A DNA stretch of 64,000 bases from Schmidtea polychroa (lineage: Eukaryota). A model generated the notes under the pieces. The model was not told the DNA's origin. It worked only from the letters and a program-made list of their open reading frames with translations, and did no database searches. Positions 39,317 to 52,051 of the stretch are shown here, piece by piece; within the stretch, counting starts at the first letter, position 1, and the number at the start of each line of letters is the position of its first letter. The translations under genes were made by a program, and so were the position numbers. Where the stretch lies: assembly GCA_044892525.1 (NCBI GenBank), contig CM097887.1:18724001-18788000 (forward strand). The letters run 5' to 3'.

Positions 39317-41977
39317 AGTATACTATGATACACCAAGGACATCGCCAAAATAATAGGGAATAATAACCTATCAGCATACCTAATTAAAAAGCATGAACTA
39401 ACAGATAATCAATACTACTTTTGGGTTAAAGCTAGAAATATTATTCTCAGTTTAAACTATAACATTAATAGACATAAGGAAAAACAAAATATACTAGCAA
39501 TAGAGATCATCTGCTCATTGATTTCCAACCACTTCGCACAGTACCAACATGTTCGTCGCCATGTGTACACGGATGGTCTAAAGTACAATAGTCATGAAGG
39601 CGTTTAGGAAGGAGTCGATTTAACATCTATAATTACTCCTAACACATTTAAAAATAAAATGACACGCACATAAACGACCCAACATCAACATTATATCTTA
39701 CTTGCAACTTCTTGTGGTGAGTTATTTTATTAATATTGTTTTATTTGTTTTCATTATTTTAGTTACATGCTTTGTTTATTATTTATTTTAATTTATTATT
39801 ATTTTAATTATTATTTTATTTTTACTCCAGTTTTATTTGATGTTTTTGAGTCCATAAAATATCTTGCGGTGTATGATAATTGCATGGACTTTTGAACTAA
39901 TTCATTAGTCCAAGAGTTTTCTGCTAATTTTATTTTATTTCAAATGCATTTTCATAAATGATTTAAAATTTTGCTTTTTCTAAATATTGTGTTATCTTGC
40001 TAGATAAAGAAAACAACAAACTTAATTGATTTTGCACAAATAATTTACAAATAATTTTTTATATAATTTATAATGTAAAAACAAATAATTTGTTTTAAAA
40101 AGTACATTTTGATAGCCTGACTTTCTTAACGTCAATTTACTAAATTTAATTCTTAACACCGGTTCATAGAACTAGTTTATGCAACCTCGTTGCATCTTGG
40201 TATATAAACTGACACAATTTTTCCATCTAAAAGAATTGTTTTCGATGTGTAACTGTTAACATTTTCAAAAATTTCACTATATGATTAAGCAATTCAAAAT
40301 AGAAAAAAATTTCATAATTAATATTGTGAATATTACAATAATATTGTTTCATTTGCAACAAAAATTGATTCGTTTATTTTAATTGAAAACAGTATAAAGA
40401 CTTGATATCCTTTTTATGCCTTATAATGACTTATTTGGATTTTTTACATGACAGACCGTCCATTTTAGTATGCCGCGTTATGGCTTTTTATGCATTGTAT
40501 TGGCTTTTTGTTTTTTTTGTTTAAAACATTTTTTTCTTTTGTCTTGACTTACGTGATGATAATGACTTAAAACTGTTATAATAATACAAACCACGAGTAA
40601 CCAGAATGCAGCATCAAAACTCCAACTGAAACCCAAAATGAAATAAACACCAAAATAAAGAATAAAATATGAGAGAAAATGATTTATCTAAATATATCAA
40701 ATATTATCAAAACTCAGAATAAATAATTCAAAGATATATTCTACAACAGAATAAACGAACACCAATATAATGCCTGGAAGCTCCGAATATATCGACAACT
40801 ATTTGAGGATATATGTTAAATAACCCTGATCCCTAAACCAGTACGGGGCTGCGAAGATAAGAAAAATAAAAACTGGAATGACTTAGTTTCGGCCGCTGGC
40901 TGAAGATCGTCCCGTAAAAAAGGACCAACCTGTCTTTTCAGAGCAGGTTTTTATTAAAATAAAATTTATTTAAATAAGTGCTATGAAGTGTTAAAGCAAC
41001 CTTCCGATTCTACGACAATTCCCACTACGTTGACGAATACTACCGAGCCTACGAACAACTATTACCACAGATTAGGAAACCTTTCAAATCGAAACTTGTG
41101 AACCGAATACATTCCAGGATGAAGATCGAAAAGATGATTCAGACAGATCCTAGAACTGATTTCTAGACCCAAACTTCTAATTGTGACTGAAATGCGTAGG
41201 TACACAACATGCAAAAAGCAAAAAGTATAGTTAAATATTGAAAAGCTACACCAAATAAACAATAATAATTAAAAGAGAAACAACAAGAAAAAAAAATGTA
41301 AACACAGAAATTAAATAAAATTATACAAAAGCAAGAAGTTATGCAAAATCTAACTCAAAATAGCCAAATAAACACAGAGTTACAAAAAACAAACTCGAAT
41401 AACTTAAAAGATAGCAAAAAATTCCAGAAAAACCCAGAACATTCCATAAAAATGGCGATGACCATCATAAAAGCTACCTTAAACAATAAAATTTAGAAAA
41501 AAAAAAAAAATTAGTATTAAAAATAAAATTTCTTAAAAAGAAATTCGTAAAATATCAGTTAAAAATAAAAATTGAATTAAAAGTAATATGGAATGTTCTG
41601 GAACCGTTCCAAATCCATCATGGAGGAAAAATCAGCAAAAAATATTTAGGAAATAAAATTATAAAAATAAAAATAAAAATTATGACGCAAAAATCGCCAT
41701 TAAAAATATCAAAATTACAAAATAGAAACTTCTGGAATAAAAAGAATTCGAGTTTGTTTTAATGCATCAATACATACACGTGTACAAAATAGGTATATAT
41801 ACCGACGCATTTTCGTCACAATTCAGATATTTTTGTATGCCAAAAATTTCCTGCCGAATTTTCGAACTATATTGAAAGTAAGGATGGTATATTTATTGTA
41901 TAACTATTATTCATTTTTATGACATATTATAATGATTTTAATTCTTGTCACCTTTTATTATGATCCGATTATTTACA

Positions 41978-42308
41978 ACAAGAGTGACCAGCGTCGTCGT
42001 GAGCGGTTTGCATCCACGACGCTGATCAGCCTTGTTTCCAATAATTATTTACATGCACGATACGGGTCTACGACCCCACATGCACTAAATTTCATTTTTT
42101 TTTAACCGGAAGGTCGCCACGAACAAATGGTTTCTAACCAGGAGTAGGGCGGTAAATCCATCCAGGTAGTTGGCATAGTCGCAGGGACTATGCGGACGAA
42201 ATAAAATGCGTGCAAGTAATCGCGGGAAACATATTACAATAAGGCCTATCGTACCGTATTCAGTTGAATCGGGAAAGTAGGAAAATTTTAATTAATTCGA
42301 CCTTCCGG
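41978..42308 (+). ncRNA. RNA-2 structured motif, copy 1
   Basis: ACAAG/CTTGT, CAGCGT/ACGCTG and CGTG/CACG nested hairpin; GGGTC-TAC-GACCC; long-range CCGGAAGGTCG (42106) / CGACCTTCCGG (42298-42308) enclosing GGTT/AACC, GCATAGTC/GACTATGC and ATTCA/TGAAT helices. Confidence 0.55.
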
Positions 42309-42857
42309 TAAACGACATATCTAAAATACACATTCAAATATTCTATAGGAAATACATCATTAGGAACATCTAATCGGGAAAGATCCCAGACTCAAATTAT
42401 CACAAAAGTTATCAAGTAGTCGGCTAATTGCACAAACTATTATTCAATATGCTCAATATTAACTATTGTTATTAGATTTTATTGATATTATTCATAATTA
42501 TGTTCGATTTTAAAGATAATCTAATCACGTTCAATGATGTATTAATTACAAGTCTTTATCCTTACCTTATGGGTATTGAAATCTTTAAAAATTCTATTTT
42601 GCCTTAATAGTAATATCACCTCCAAGATTATTATCATTATCCTCACCACCCTTTTCTCGTTATCTTCATAGAGAGTGTGTCATTACCATCAGTATGAAAT
42701 TGCATATATCAGCATATTGAATTTAAAGAGAAGGCAATCTTTCTTACCAATGTCGTAAAGTCGTCGAATCACCAGTTCATGGTTATAACCCAACTGGAAT
42801 ATGTACAACTTACCTGGTTTCATAAATGGTTCCTTGAATTATATATTTATTGTCCAA

Positions 42858-43240
42858 TTCATAAATATCCTAACTTATTCTGATGTATATATTTATCTTA
42901 TAAAATATTAAAATGATAGTTTGTAAATTTTCATTCATAAATATCCTAACTTATTCTGATGTATATATTTATCTTATAAAATATTAAAATGATAGTTTGT
43001 AAATTTTCATTCATAAATATCCTAACTTATTCTGATGTATATATTTATCTTATAAAATATTAAAATGATAGTTTGTAAATTTTCATTCATAAATATCCTA
43101 ACTTATTCTGATGTATACATTTATCTTATAAAATATTAAAATGATAGTTTTGTAAATTTTCATTCATAAATATCCTAACTTATTCTGATATATATTTTTA
43201 ACTTATAAAATGTAAAAATGATAGTTTATAAATTTTCATA
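42858..43240. repeat. 76-bp minisatellite, ~5 copies, degenerating to ~43600
   Basis: TTCATAAATATCCTAACTTATTCTGA starts at 42858, 42934, 43010, 43086 and 43163. Confidence 0.92.
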
Positions 43241-43969
43241 AGATGATCCTCTGAATTATATACTTATCGTCCAGTACCTAAATATCCTAATTTATTTTGA
43301 TATATATTTAACTTACAAAATGTTAAAATGATAAATCTACGTAATTAGCCCCTAGGTTATGTATTTACCTAATTACCCTAGATTCGCTTATTTTTATATA
43401 TATTTAGCTTATAGAATGTTGAACTATTAATTTATAAATATTCATAAACAACCCCCCCCTGAATCATACCTTCATTATCTATTATATAAATGTCTTAAAT
43501 TAACTCATTCTAGCATATACTTGGTCTGTAAAATGTTAAACTAATAAGTTATAAATATTCATAAATACCCCCCCTCCTGAATTATACATTTATTACCCAC
43601 TGCATAAAACTTACACTTATTATCATGATTAACCTTATCGTTATNNNNNNNNNNNNNNNNNNNNNNNNNNNNNNNNNNNNNNNNNNNNNNNNNNNNNNNN
43701 NNNNNNNNNNNNNNNNNNNNNNNNNNNNNNNNNNNNNNNNNNNNNNNNNNNNNNNNNNNNNNNNNNNNNNNNNNNNNNNNNNNNNNNNNNNNAAAATTAT
43801 TATTGTTATCATTTATTTCTACTGTTAGTATTGTCGACATTAATTTTCACCTAGGTCATTACTACCATTATGGTTACGTTATCGGAAGGATTATTTTCTT
43901 AGATAAAACTTTAACCAAAATTTTTTTGATTTTTGGGATCCCCCTATTTCTAAATTAGTTACAAAGGGT

Positions 43970-44165
43970 CCAATAAAAATCCCTGAAAATTACTGAGATC
44001 TATTTTTAGTAACACCCCCCAGTAAATGACGTCAGGATCAGTAACTTAAATTTGTAAATTTATGTACCTCCAATAAAAATCCCTGAAAATTACTGAGATC
44101 TATTTTTAGTAACACCCCCAGTAAATGACGTCAGGATCAGTAACTTAAATTTGTTAATTTATGTA
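43970..44165. repeat. 100-bp tandem duplication
   Basis: CCAATAAAAATCCCTGAAAATTACTGAGATC...TAAATTTGT at 43970 and 44070. Confidence 0.88.
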
Positions 44166-44733
44166 GTTATAACTGCGTATGTGCATTTGTGATTATACGT
44201 GTGTATACTTATATTAACAATAACCTCATGAAATTGTCCCTCGGATCATCGCACGAAGGAACCCTCTAGTTCATTTACCTACCCCAGCAAAAACGAAATC
44301 ATGCCGAAGCTACCCTAAAAAAATTGAATATCCGAGTAGGATTGTGTAAAGAAATCAAAGATTCAAAAATCGAGTTGGATTTATTGACCAAAATACTCTT
44401 CAAAAAACAGAAAACGACATAAATAAATCAATGCATACAAGTCCCTTTGAATGATCGCTTTGCGAGAATTATATAACTAAATACTCCCATCAGGGTAAAT
44501 CCTCGAAAGCAAATGACAAATCGCTGGACGTCTTCGGGTGAAATTGGTGGACTTAGAACTCCAAGGCATAGATCAAAAATCTAACTAAATAATATTATCC
44601 AGCTAAATCCTTACAAAGTTAGAGCGCTGGCATATTTTGAACTTCCATCAAACAGTGGCATCTCGAATCCATGATCTAAGTTGTCACCTTCAAAGTGAAG
44701 AGTTTGGAGACTTATTCCTGAAATTATACAAAC

Positions 44734-44796
44734 TTAGGGTTAGGGTTAGGGTTAGGGGTTAGGGTTAGGTTTAGGGGTTAGGGGTTAGGGTTAGGG
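44734..44796 (+). repeat. Interstitial telomeric array, 10 units of TTAGGG with TTAGGGG/TTAGGT variants (63 bp)
   Basis: Directly visible. Confidence 0.95.
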
Positions 44797-45362
44797 TTGA
44801 TGAGGGAACTACTTACAACCACTATGGTCAGGGATTCGCAAGAGCTGAATGTAAATTCAGACAATTTGCGACATCCACTTCCCATAGTTGGTCCTAGTAG
44901 AATAAATTTTTTGCAAAAATTATTAACAGGGAATTCTAAAAATCATTAAAGGAAAATTAATATTTAAATTAATATAAATTGCTATAAACAGTTAAATCAA
45001 ATCTTTAAATGATTTAAACAACCGCTATTGAAAGTTTAGTTTATAAAATTTTAAATGCTCATTTTTACTGTATCAACCCTTAGTTAATCAAAAAACAGCT
45101 TATGGATTTTCACTTTAAATATACGAACTGCAATTTTGTAACTGATACTTACAAACCTTGAATTTCATAATTCTCTAGCCCACTTAAATTACATCGAAAT
45201 CAGAAGGGGAAATTAATTAAGTTCATTTTTCACCACCTAAAAGATCATTGCAATACGGGTCACGTTTGAACTTAAATGTAATAGTGTATCAAACGTCTTG
45301 GGGTAACCGGACGTAGACGAGCGAATAGAATTCTACTAATATGTTCTCTTAATCTCACAGGC

Positions 45363-45845
45363 ATGCCTAATATTAGACCAGAAGACAGTCACGCGAATCC
45401 CTTGACATCTACATCCAGACTCAGCCTAAACCACGCGGAGGTAGACGAAGTCGCCAGACTGGACCAGGAGGAAGCACTCACTCGCCTGAGGTCCAGGTGG
45501 ATCTGGTATAAAATCCATGATTGGACCTACCAGAATGTGGTCCCCGCGAAACCGGAGATAGAGCCTTACATCAATGGCACGTCATTAGCCCTGATGGACG
45601 CCTTTGACGAGGTAAAGGCGGCGGTGGACCGATTACACCGACTCGAGGAAGCAACCCTGGCAGGTGAGCTGGAAGACTGTGACGGGTACGCGCGAGCCCA
45701 ATGTCACCCAAGACGAACTGCGGCTCTCCAACGTGGGCTGGAATATCCAAGAAGCCCTCGCCGTGGACCGAATCGGCAAAGAAGGCGAGGACGACCACGA
45801 AAAGGCACCAGTTCCACCAAGGAGATTGGGGCGGACAACGATTGA
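45363..45845 (+). CDS. ORF-A: intact 160-aa unknown protein (LTRLRSRWIWYKIHDW motif, Arg-rich C-terminus)
   Basis: ATG-initiated GC-rich ORF; homologous pseudogene at 18492-22002 (-). Confidence 0.6.
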   Translation: MPNIRPEDSHANPLTSTSRLSLNHAEVDEVARLDQEEALTRLRSRWIWYKIHDWTYQNVVPAKPEIEPYINGTSLALMDAFDEVKAAVDRLHRLEEATLAGELEDCDGYARAQCHPRRTAALQRGLEYPRSPRRGPNRQRRRGRPRKGTSSTKEIGADND

Positions 45846-46348
45846 GACTTATAATTAAACATTATATAGCCGAAATGATTTTGTTGTTAATACACAGTGC
45901 AAATCCTGTAATATGATGAATGTTTTTATAGTACCTTGTACGTCTTGGCAGTGCGTGCCCATCTAACTGCTCTATTTTGTTCTGGTCATCTCTACTAATT
46001 TCATTATTGATATTGTTTCGTTTTGATCATCTTCATTAACCAGTGTTATTATTGATGATAATTTTCTTAGTTCAATTATTTATGTATGTGTTAATTATCA
46101 ATACTAATTCCATTGTGTGCATCGTTTTGATTTCAATGATTTTCCTGTAACGGGGGCCGTTGTTACCACCAACTATAATTTTCCGTAGCGTTGGCCATTA
46201 CGACCACCCTATAAGCTTTGGTGAAATCCATAGAATAGGCCTAGATGTGCGCAGAAGGGAGTAGTGACGAAGGGGCGAAATTCATTTAACCTTACTAACT
46301 TGCGTCACTCAATGCGGAGGTAAAGTTTCCTAATGTTGTCTATTTCAG

Positions 46349-46809
46349 TGTTAAAACTCCTGGAAGAAATGCGGGCAGATAGGGAGCGGGCGCAACAACA
46401 AGTGGAAGAATACCGGGCCAAGTTAATGCGACTTAAGGCCCATTGCCGAAATTTCGAGAGCACCTGGTTCCCGCCCACAGAGATGAAGAAGCGAATGAAA
46501 CTCATCACCCAATTGCAACTCCAGAGCGCCCAAGATCAAGTTGAGTTGCGGGCCCTCCGCCTGAGAGTGAGAGAGCTGGAGGTCCAGTCGTACCAACAAA
46601 ACCTTGATCGAGAGGTCATCTCCAGGATCCGCCCTATGAGTGAGCTGCTCCACCAACGAAAGGAATGCGCAGCGTCGAAGATCTCGAAGAAGAAGATCCG
46701 GCCGGGTAAAGCGGCGCGGGCGAGAATCCGCCAAGCCTGTCAGGCCCAAGTGACGCTCAATGCTACTTCGTCAGAGTCTGCACCGAAAGAACCGACTATA
46801 ACCCTATGA
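46349..46809 (+). CDS. ORF-B: intact coiled-coil protein with TWFPP motif and basic C-terminus
   Basis: Open frame; preceded by a 29-nt GT..CTAAT..AG element (46320-46348); AATAAA at 46829. Confidence 0.7.
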
Positions 46810-46894
46810 GTTTTGATTTTGTGTTGTGAATAAATATCACGGGTGTATTCATATCTGGGCATTTCGAATTTGTCATAATGTTGATTTTCGGAAT

Positions 46895-47126
46895 AGGGAC
46901 TAAAGAAACCGGGCATAGGCCTTCTATCGGCAGTCCGTGAACCCCAGTGGGTACTAGACAATTATAGTATGCTAAGCATGCTCACTTCTTGCTAGTACCC
47001 AAACCCTTGATACAGTACCAACGTTGATTGCTCAACGGGTATCAAGTGGTCAGCTATAAATTGTATCCTGGGTTACGCTGGAAACAGCATGAGGAGGTAA
47101 AGATTTTTCAGTACCTGTAACCCACC
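46895..47126 (+). ncRNA. RNA-1 structured motif, subfamily 1, full copy
   Basis: GCC-TTCTATC-GGC; GGGTACTAG/CTAGTACCC; TTGATAC/GTATCAA; CGTTGA/TCAACG; TGGGTTAC..GCTG-GAAA-CAGC..AGGTA/TACCT..GTAACCCA. Confidence 0.7.
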
Positions 47127-47455
47127 ACCATATTCCGAACCTGCCGTTGTTTAAAAGGCTTCTTAAGAAGCTTGATGACTGCCCTCACATTATCATTGAC
47201 TTCAATCCTAATGAACCTCAATTGGATGCCTCCACCAAGACATTCTACAAACTAGTAGCGAAGATCTCTGAAAGTTTTAAATCATTTAATGATGATTGTA
47301 CATTCACCTGGAATATTTGTGGTTATCACTCTTCAGACATCGAACTTGCTCCTGACTGGATGATAGATGAGAAACCTACGCAGACTCCAACTGAACCAAT
47401 TCTTAATCCGATTGAACCGGTTCCTAATCCACCTGGTTTAGTCAGAAACTTGTAG
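47093..47455 (+). other. ORF-C: 120-codon open frame with no in-frame AUG before codon ~90, overlapping the 3' end of RNA-1
   Basis: Frame opens after TGA 47090-47092; the only Met is in DWMIDE near the end. Confidence 0.35.
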
Positions 47456-48924
47456 ATATCAAACCTTAAAAGAAAATCTTAAAAGACCAACTTTCAAAAA
47501 CCTTTCAAAGCTACCAAAACTATCTGCAATAAAATTAAGATTATGTCCAAAAATCTTAAAAAATCCTATTCCCAGAAAAAGTCGCTACCTAGATTGAAAA
47601 AATCAAAAAAATCTTGGAATTTTTGGGACTATTGGAATTAAAATTGTCTATAAAAGAACGATAATTTTGAGAAAAAAACAAAATTATCAAAAAGAATTTT
47701 AAAATCCTGAAAAAAACGTGGAAAAAAGCATATTAATTTTAAAAAATTAAATTAATTATAAAGAAAAAATCCTTTGAGAAAAATGTGATTATATCTTTTA
47801 AATCCTATATTAAATTGAGAAAGTCATAAGAAAGTCATAAAAATCTTGAAAAACTCTGAAGAAATATGTCTAACCAAAATTTTTGACCCTGGAATTGCCT
47901 TATTATCTTAATTTATAATTATAAATATTATAATGTTAAAATCTTTAAAAGAAATTATTTCATGATTTTGACTTAAAAATTTAATATTATATTAAATGTA
48001 TCTTTGAAATAAATATAATTATATTTCCTTGAATAATCTGATTTCTAAGTAAATCAGATTTTAGACGCACCTCATCGGCCTAACGACCAATTCGCTTAAA
48101 TCAGGGCTAAAACTTATATTATAATCCATTTATAATCTATAATCCATAATATCTATACAAATATTACGGTATATTATTTTATTATATCCGCCTTACCAAT
48201 TACAAGCAATATAATCATTGCCCAATTCAGCCTATACTTTAGAAATAGCTAAACAAAATTTTGTTTTTAAATTTAATCTTGATCAAGTCCCACCCTCAAT
48301 AATTACTATATGATGCGAAATCTTTTTTTAACTGGAAAATTCAATTAACCACTTATACTTCAAACAGTCAATCAACGTCGCTGAACAAATTCATTCAGAC
48401 AGCTATCAGTTTTCAGTTTTATGACAGTTTGGTAAGTTGAATTGATTTTTGGTAATTTTATGTAAACTGTAAATTTATGTATAGTATAAATCAATGTAAG
48501 GAATTAATAAACTTTATATTCAATTTTGTCGAGTTAATTCTTTGTGTTTAGTCAATTCTTTCATTTACTATTTTATATATGAAGTTTTAGTAATATTTGT
48601 AATTATCCAATTGTCATTTAATTTGGTTTCATGAATATTTTTATGATTTTTATGTTTTGATGTCCTAGATTGCGTGGAATAGTTGTTCAGATTCGTGTAG
48701 TTGGTCAGCAGATGTTTCTAGATAATTCTAGTATATAGATTGATAAAATTACAGTCACACACAAACTTACCTGTGTGAATGCATATAGAGGGACAGAGAA
48801 TTGTTAATTGGTGACCGAGTAATTGTGTGAAATTTTGTATGTGTGAGATTGTTTGTTTGCACATTTTTTTGATTAATGTGGAACAAACTACATTTATTTA
48901 AAGTAATTTTAATAAATAAATATA

Positions 48925-51900
48925 TTTCTCCAATATTTCAACAATGAATGGTTTGTCCGCCATGTTGGCTGGTATGAAGGTTATTTAGAAGATAGTCCTT
49001 CAACAAACAATGGCTTAGAAGCAATCAACAGTACTCTCAAGAAAGAAGAAACATTAGAATACCATTAGGCGAATTCCTTACAAAAGCAGTTGGAGTTACC
49101 GAAAGCTGGTCAGAAAAACGAGATCCTAATTCACCCAATCATCCAAAGATTGTTGTCAATGAACCAACCATACATACAAAAGATTTCACAGCAGCATACA
49201 ATTGGTTAAAAGAGACTGTTATCATTCAGAAGAATAGGATTAGGTTCCAGAAGTTCCTTTTCAAAAGCCAAAAATCAACTTTTCAGGCTAACAGTACTTC
49301 AGTCCAGAAATATTGTGATGCAATCAGATCATCAGATTTTGAATCATTTGACCAATATCATTGTACTCATTTCTCAATTTGGCAAGTTGAATTTCTGACA
49401 AATACAAACGAAAACAACTGGAAAAATGCTAGGTGTTCATGTCCTGCGTATCAAAAAAATTACATTTGCAAACATGTCATTGGTTTATCGACACGACTCA
49501 AATTTGTTACCATTCCAAATTCACCAAAGACTGTTCCCATTGGAGAGAAACGGAAAAGAGGTCGTCCAAGTCTTGCATTGAAGGCTTTGGAGTATCAACC
49601 AATCAAACAACAACTCAAATCAAAACCAAAACTTTGCTCACAAATGTAGACCAAGGACCCCCAGAATATGATTCAGATATTCAACCAGCCAAAAGACGCC
49701 GTGGAAGACCGCCAAAGAAATTGGAATGTATCGAAAAGTCACAAAAGTGTTGAATCCTTTAAAGTTTGCTTTAATTCTATAATTTGTTTTATTATGCATT
49801 TATAGCCTGAATAAATTCATGAAATATATTTTTGTCATTTGCAATAGAACTTACTTCACTGATGACTTTAAATAACCCTTATTTGCTTAAAAATCAAGAC
49901 CTCATTGATGGAAGTGGTTATTGTTATAGCGATCATTGTTTCTACAAACTCCATTACAGTGGAAGCTGCTTAATATGATCACTTTGGGACAGAGTCAAAC
50001 TGATAACATCAACCAATGAAAATAAAGCAAAAAAAAAACTTTTGGGGCATAATTTTATCAGAAAAAGTGATAACAAAAGCCAACATAATAATATTAACTG
50101 TGATTGAAAAGGTACAACTGGTCGAATTATGATAAAAACACAATAGATTGAAAAGATTTGACCAGTTTGACTTTATTGTGCAACTGTTTGAAATTCTTCC
50201 TGTTCGAATCTCATTATTATTCACTCATTATCAAATAATAGAATGTAAATTTATCAACTTACTTTCTAAATGCTGCTAGTGGCCCAATATCTTCTCGGAT
50301 TTATACAATTTGATGGAGTTTTTATTTTACTTTTATTTACTCATTAATAAATTTTTTAGACTGGCTACAGCTATTTGACCAGTTTGACTTTTAATTTTAT
50401 ATTTAAAATTAGACATAAATAAATATATTAAATAATATATATAAATATCTTAATATAAATAATATTAATATAATATAAATAAAATATAAATAGCTTAAAT
50501 AAATATATATTATAAATAAAGAAACAGTTTTTATAAATTTGTTAAAATAAAGAAAAAGGGAGAAGGTCGATAAAGAAGAATATAAATGAAGCTCGTCAAT
50601 AAAATTTGTTTTATCAATTCAGAAGAAACTTTTCATCCATCACAAGTATCGTATCCAAATCATTATCACCTTCGAATGGGATTCAATATTAACATAGCAA
50701 TTTTATAATTAATAAATTTTCACTGTTATTACAAGGTTGTCAACTTAAAATAAGCATGTTCAAGTTTAATTTAATCATCTTAAAAATTAATTTAATCGCT
50801 GAATTCATCACATGAAAAAAACAAATTTTCAGTGAGAGCAGAATAAACAACAATGAAAGGGCATTATTAATAAGTAAGTATAATAAAAATTGCCGAAGAT
50901 CTCGAAATAAATTAAAAAACAACTGGAAGAACCCAGAGAAAAAATTCTTACACCAGCGGTCTTGGATTTGATTGGAAATGAAATCGATAATTCTATTGGA
51001 GCTTTAAAAATTAAATTAGCGGCAAACTTAAAAATTAGATGTTCTGTTACAATTATCGATAATGTCCTAGCGTTCATAGTGACGTTCAAAATTTTATCTT
51101 TGGTATTGTCTTAATTCATTTGGAAAGGTGTTATCTTCATTCATTTCTGACGGGCTAGCCCTCCAGATCGTTTTTGCGTAGACATTTGTTAAACCTTCAT
51201 TGTAGAAATCTCTGAACCAACTTTACCAAGATCGGGATCTATCAGTGTTTCTCGTGTGCGGACAAGAATGCGGCCATGAGGCAAAGAATGAAAGAGGCGA
51301 CCAAAAAGATATTGCGATTGGAGCACTCCAGAGACAGTCTGCTGGAATTTCAACCTACAGTTTTGATGAATTGCAACCTACATTGCTGAATGGGGCAAAA
51401 CTGACTCACCTGTTAAATTGTTCGTGTCTGTTATTTTTCGTGTTCTATTTTGTCTCACATTTGTTTTTGTCAATCATCTATCGTAATATATATCAATCAT
51501 ACTGCTTCCTGTCATACTGCTTCCAGTTATACTGCTCCTTGTCATACTGCTCTAGGGAGTCCATTATCGGTTTTACCGTTACCAAAAAACCGGTATTACA
51601 GAACATTACTCATTACCGAAATACTGATTTACCGAAGACTAATTACCGACAATTTCGGTAATGAAATATTAAATTATTTAGAAGTATTAGGTATTAGGAC
51701 AATTCATAATTTATACAATTTTGCATTTGCTTTGTGCTATTTATAAATCTCGTTTGCTCAATAAGAAACGGAACGAAATGGAACAGAATGAGAAGACCAA
51801 CGGAAATTCAAAATCTGTTTGAAAAAAAATTATCTAGTGTGCTTTGTAATAAAAAGTGTTTTTAAAATATTATTAGATTTTGTTTTGCTATTTATTTCTA

Positions 51901-52051
51901 TTTGTTGTTTACATCAAACAAGAGAAGACCAATAATTTCAATAAACTTTCATTTCAAAATCTGTTTAAAAAAAGTGTGTGTAGTAATAGTAATAAATTTA
52001 GTAACGATTGACAATATTGGTAAGTATTATTTTAGACTTTCAAACTATCAA
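48925..52051. repeat. 3127-bp near-identical direct duplication of 54273-57399 (offset 5348)
   Basis: ORF track is repeated with a constant 5348 offset; only one substitution noticed by eye (GTTCCTTTT vs GTTCTTTTT). Confidence 0.95.
51200..51390 (+). pseudogene. ORF-B subfamily-2 N-terminal fragment (duplicated at ~56550-56740)
   Basis: EISEPTLPRSG/QCFSCADKNAAMRQRMKEATKKILRLEHS aligns with GMSEPNLPPRSPKPCFSCADKNVDIKKLQE...LEHT at 25.1 kb. Confidence 0.6.

Noticed and set aside
42180-42205. Hammerhead ribozyme (GGACGAAA)
   Set aside because: No CUGAnGA core at the required position in either RNA-2 copy.
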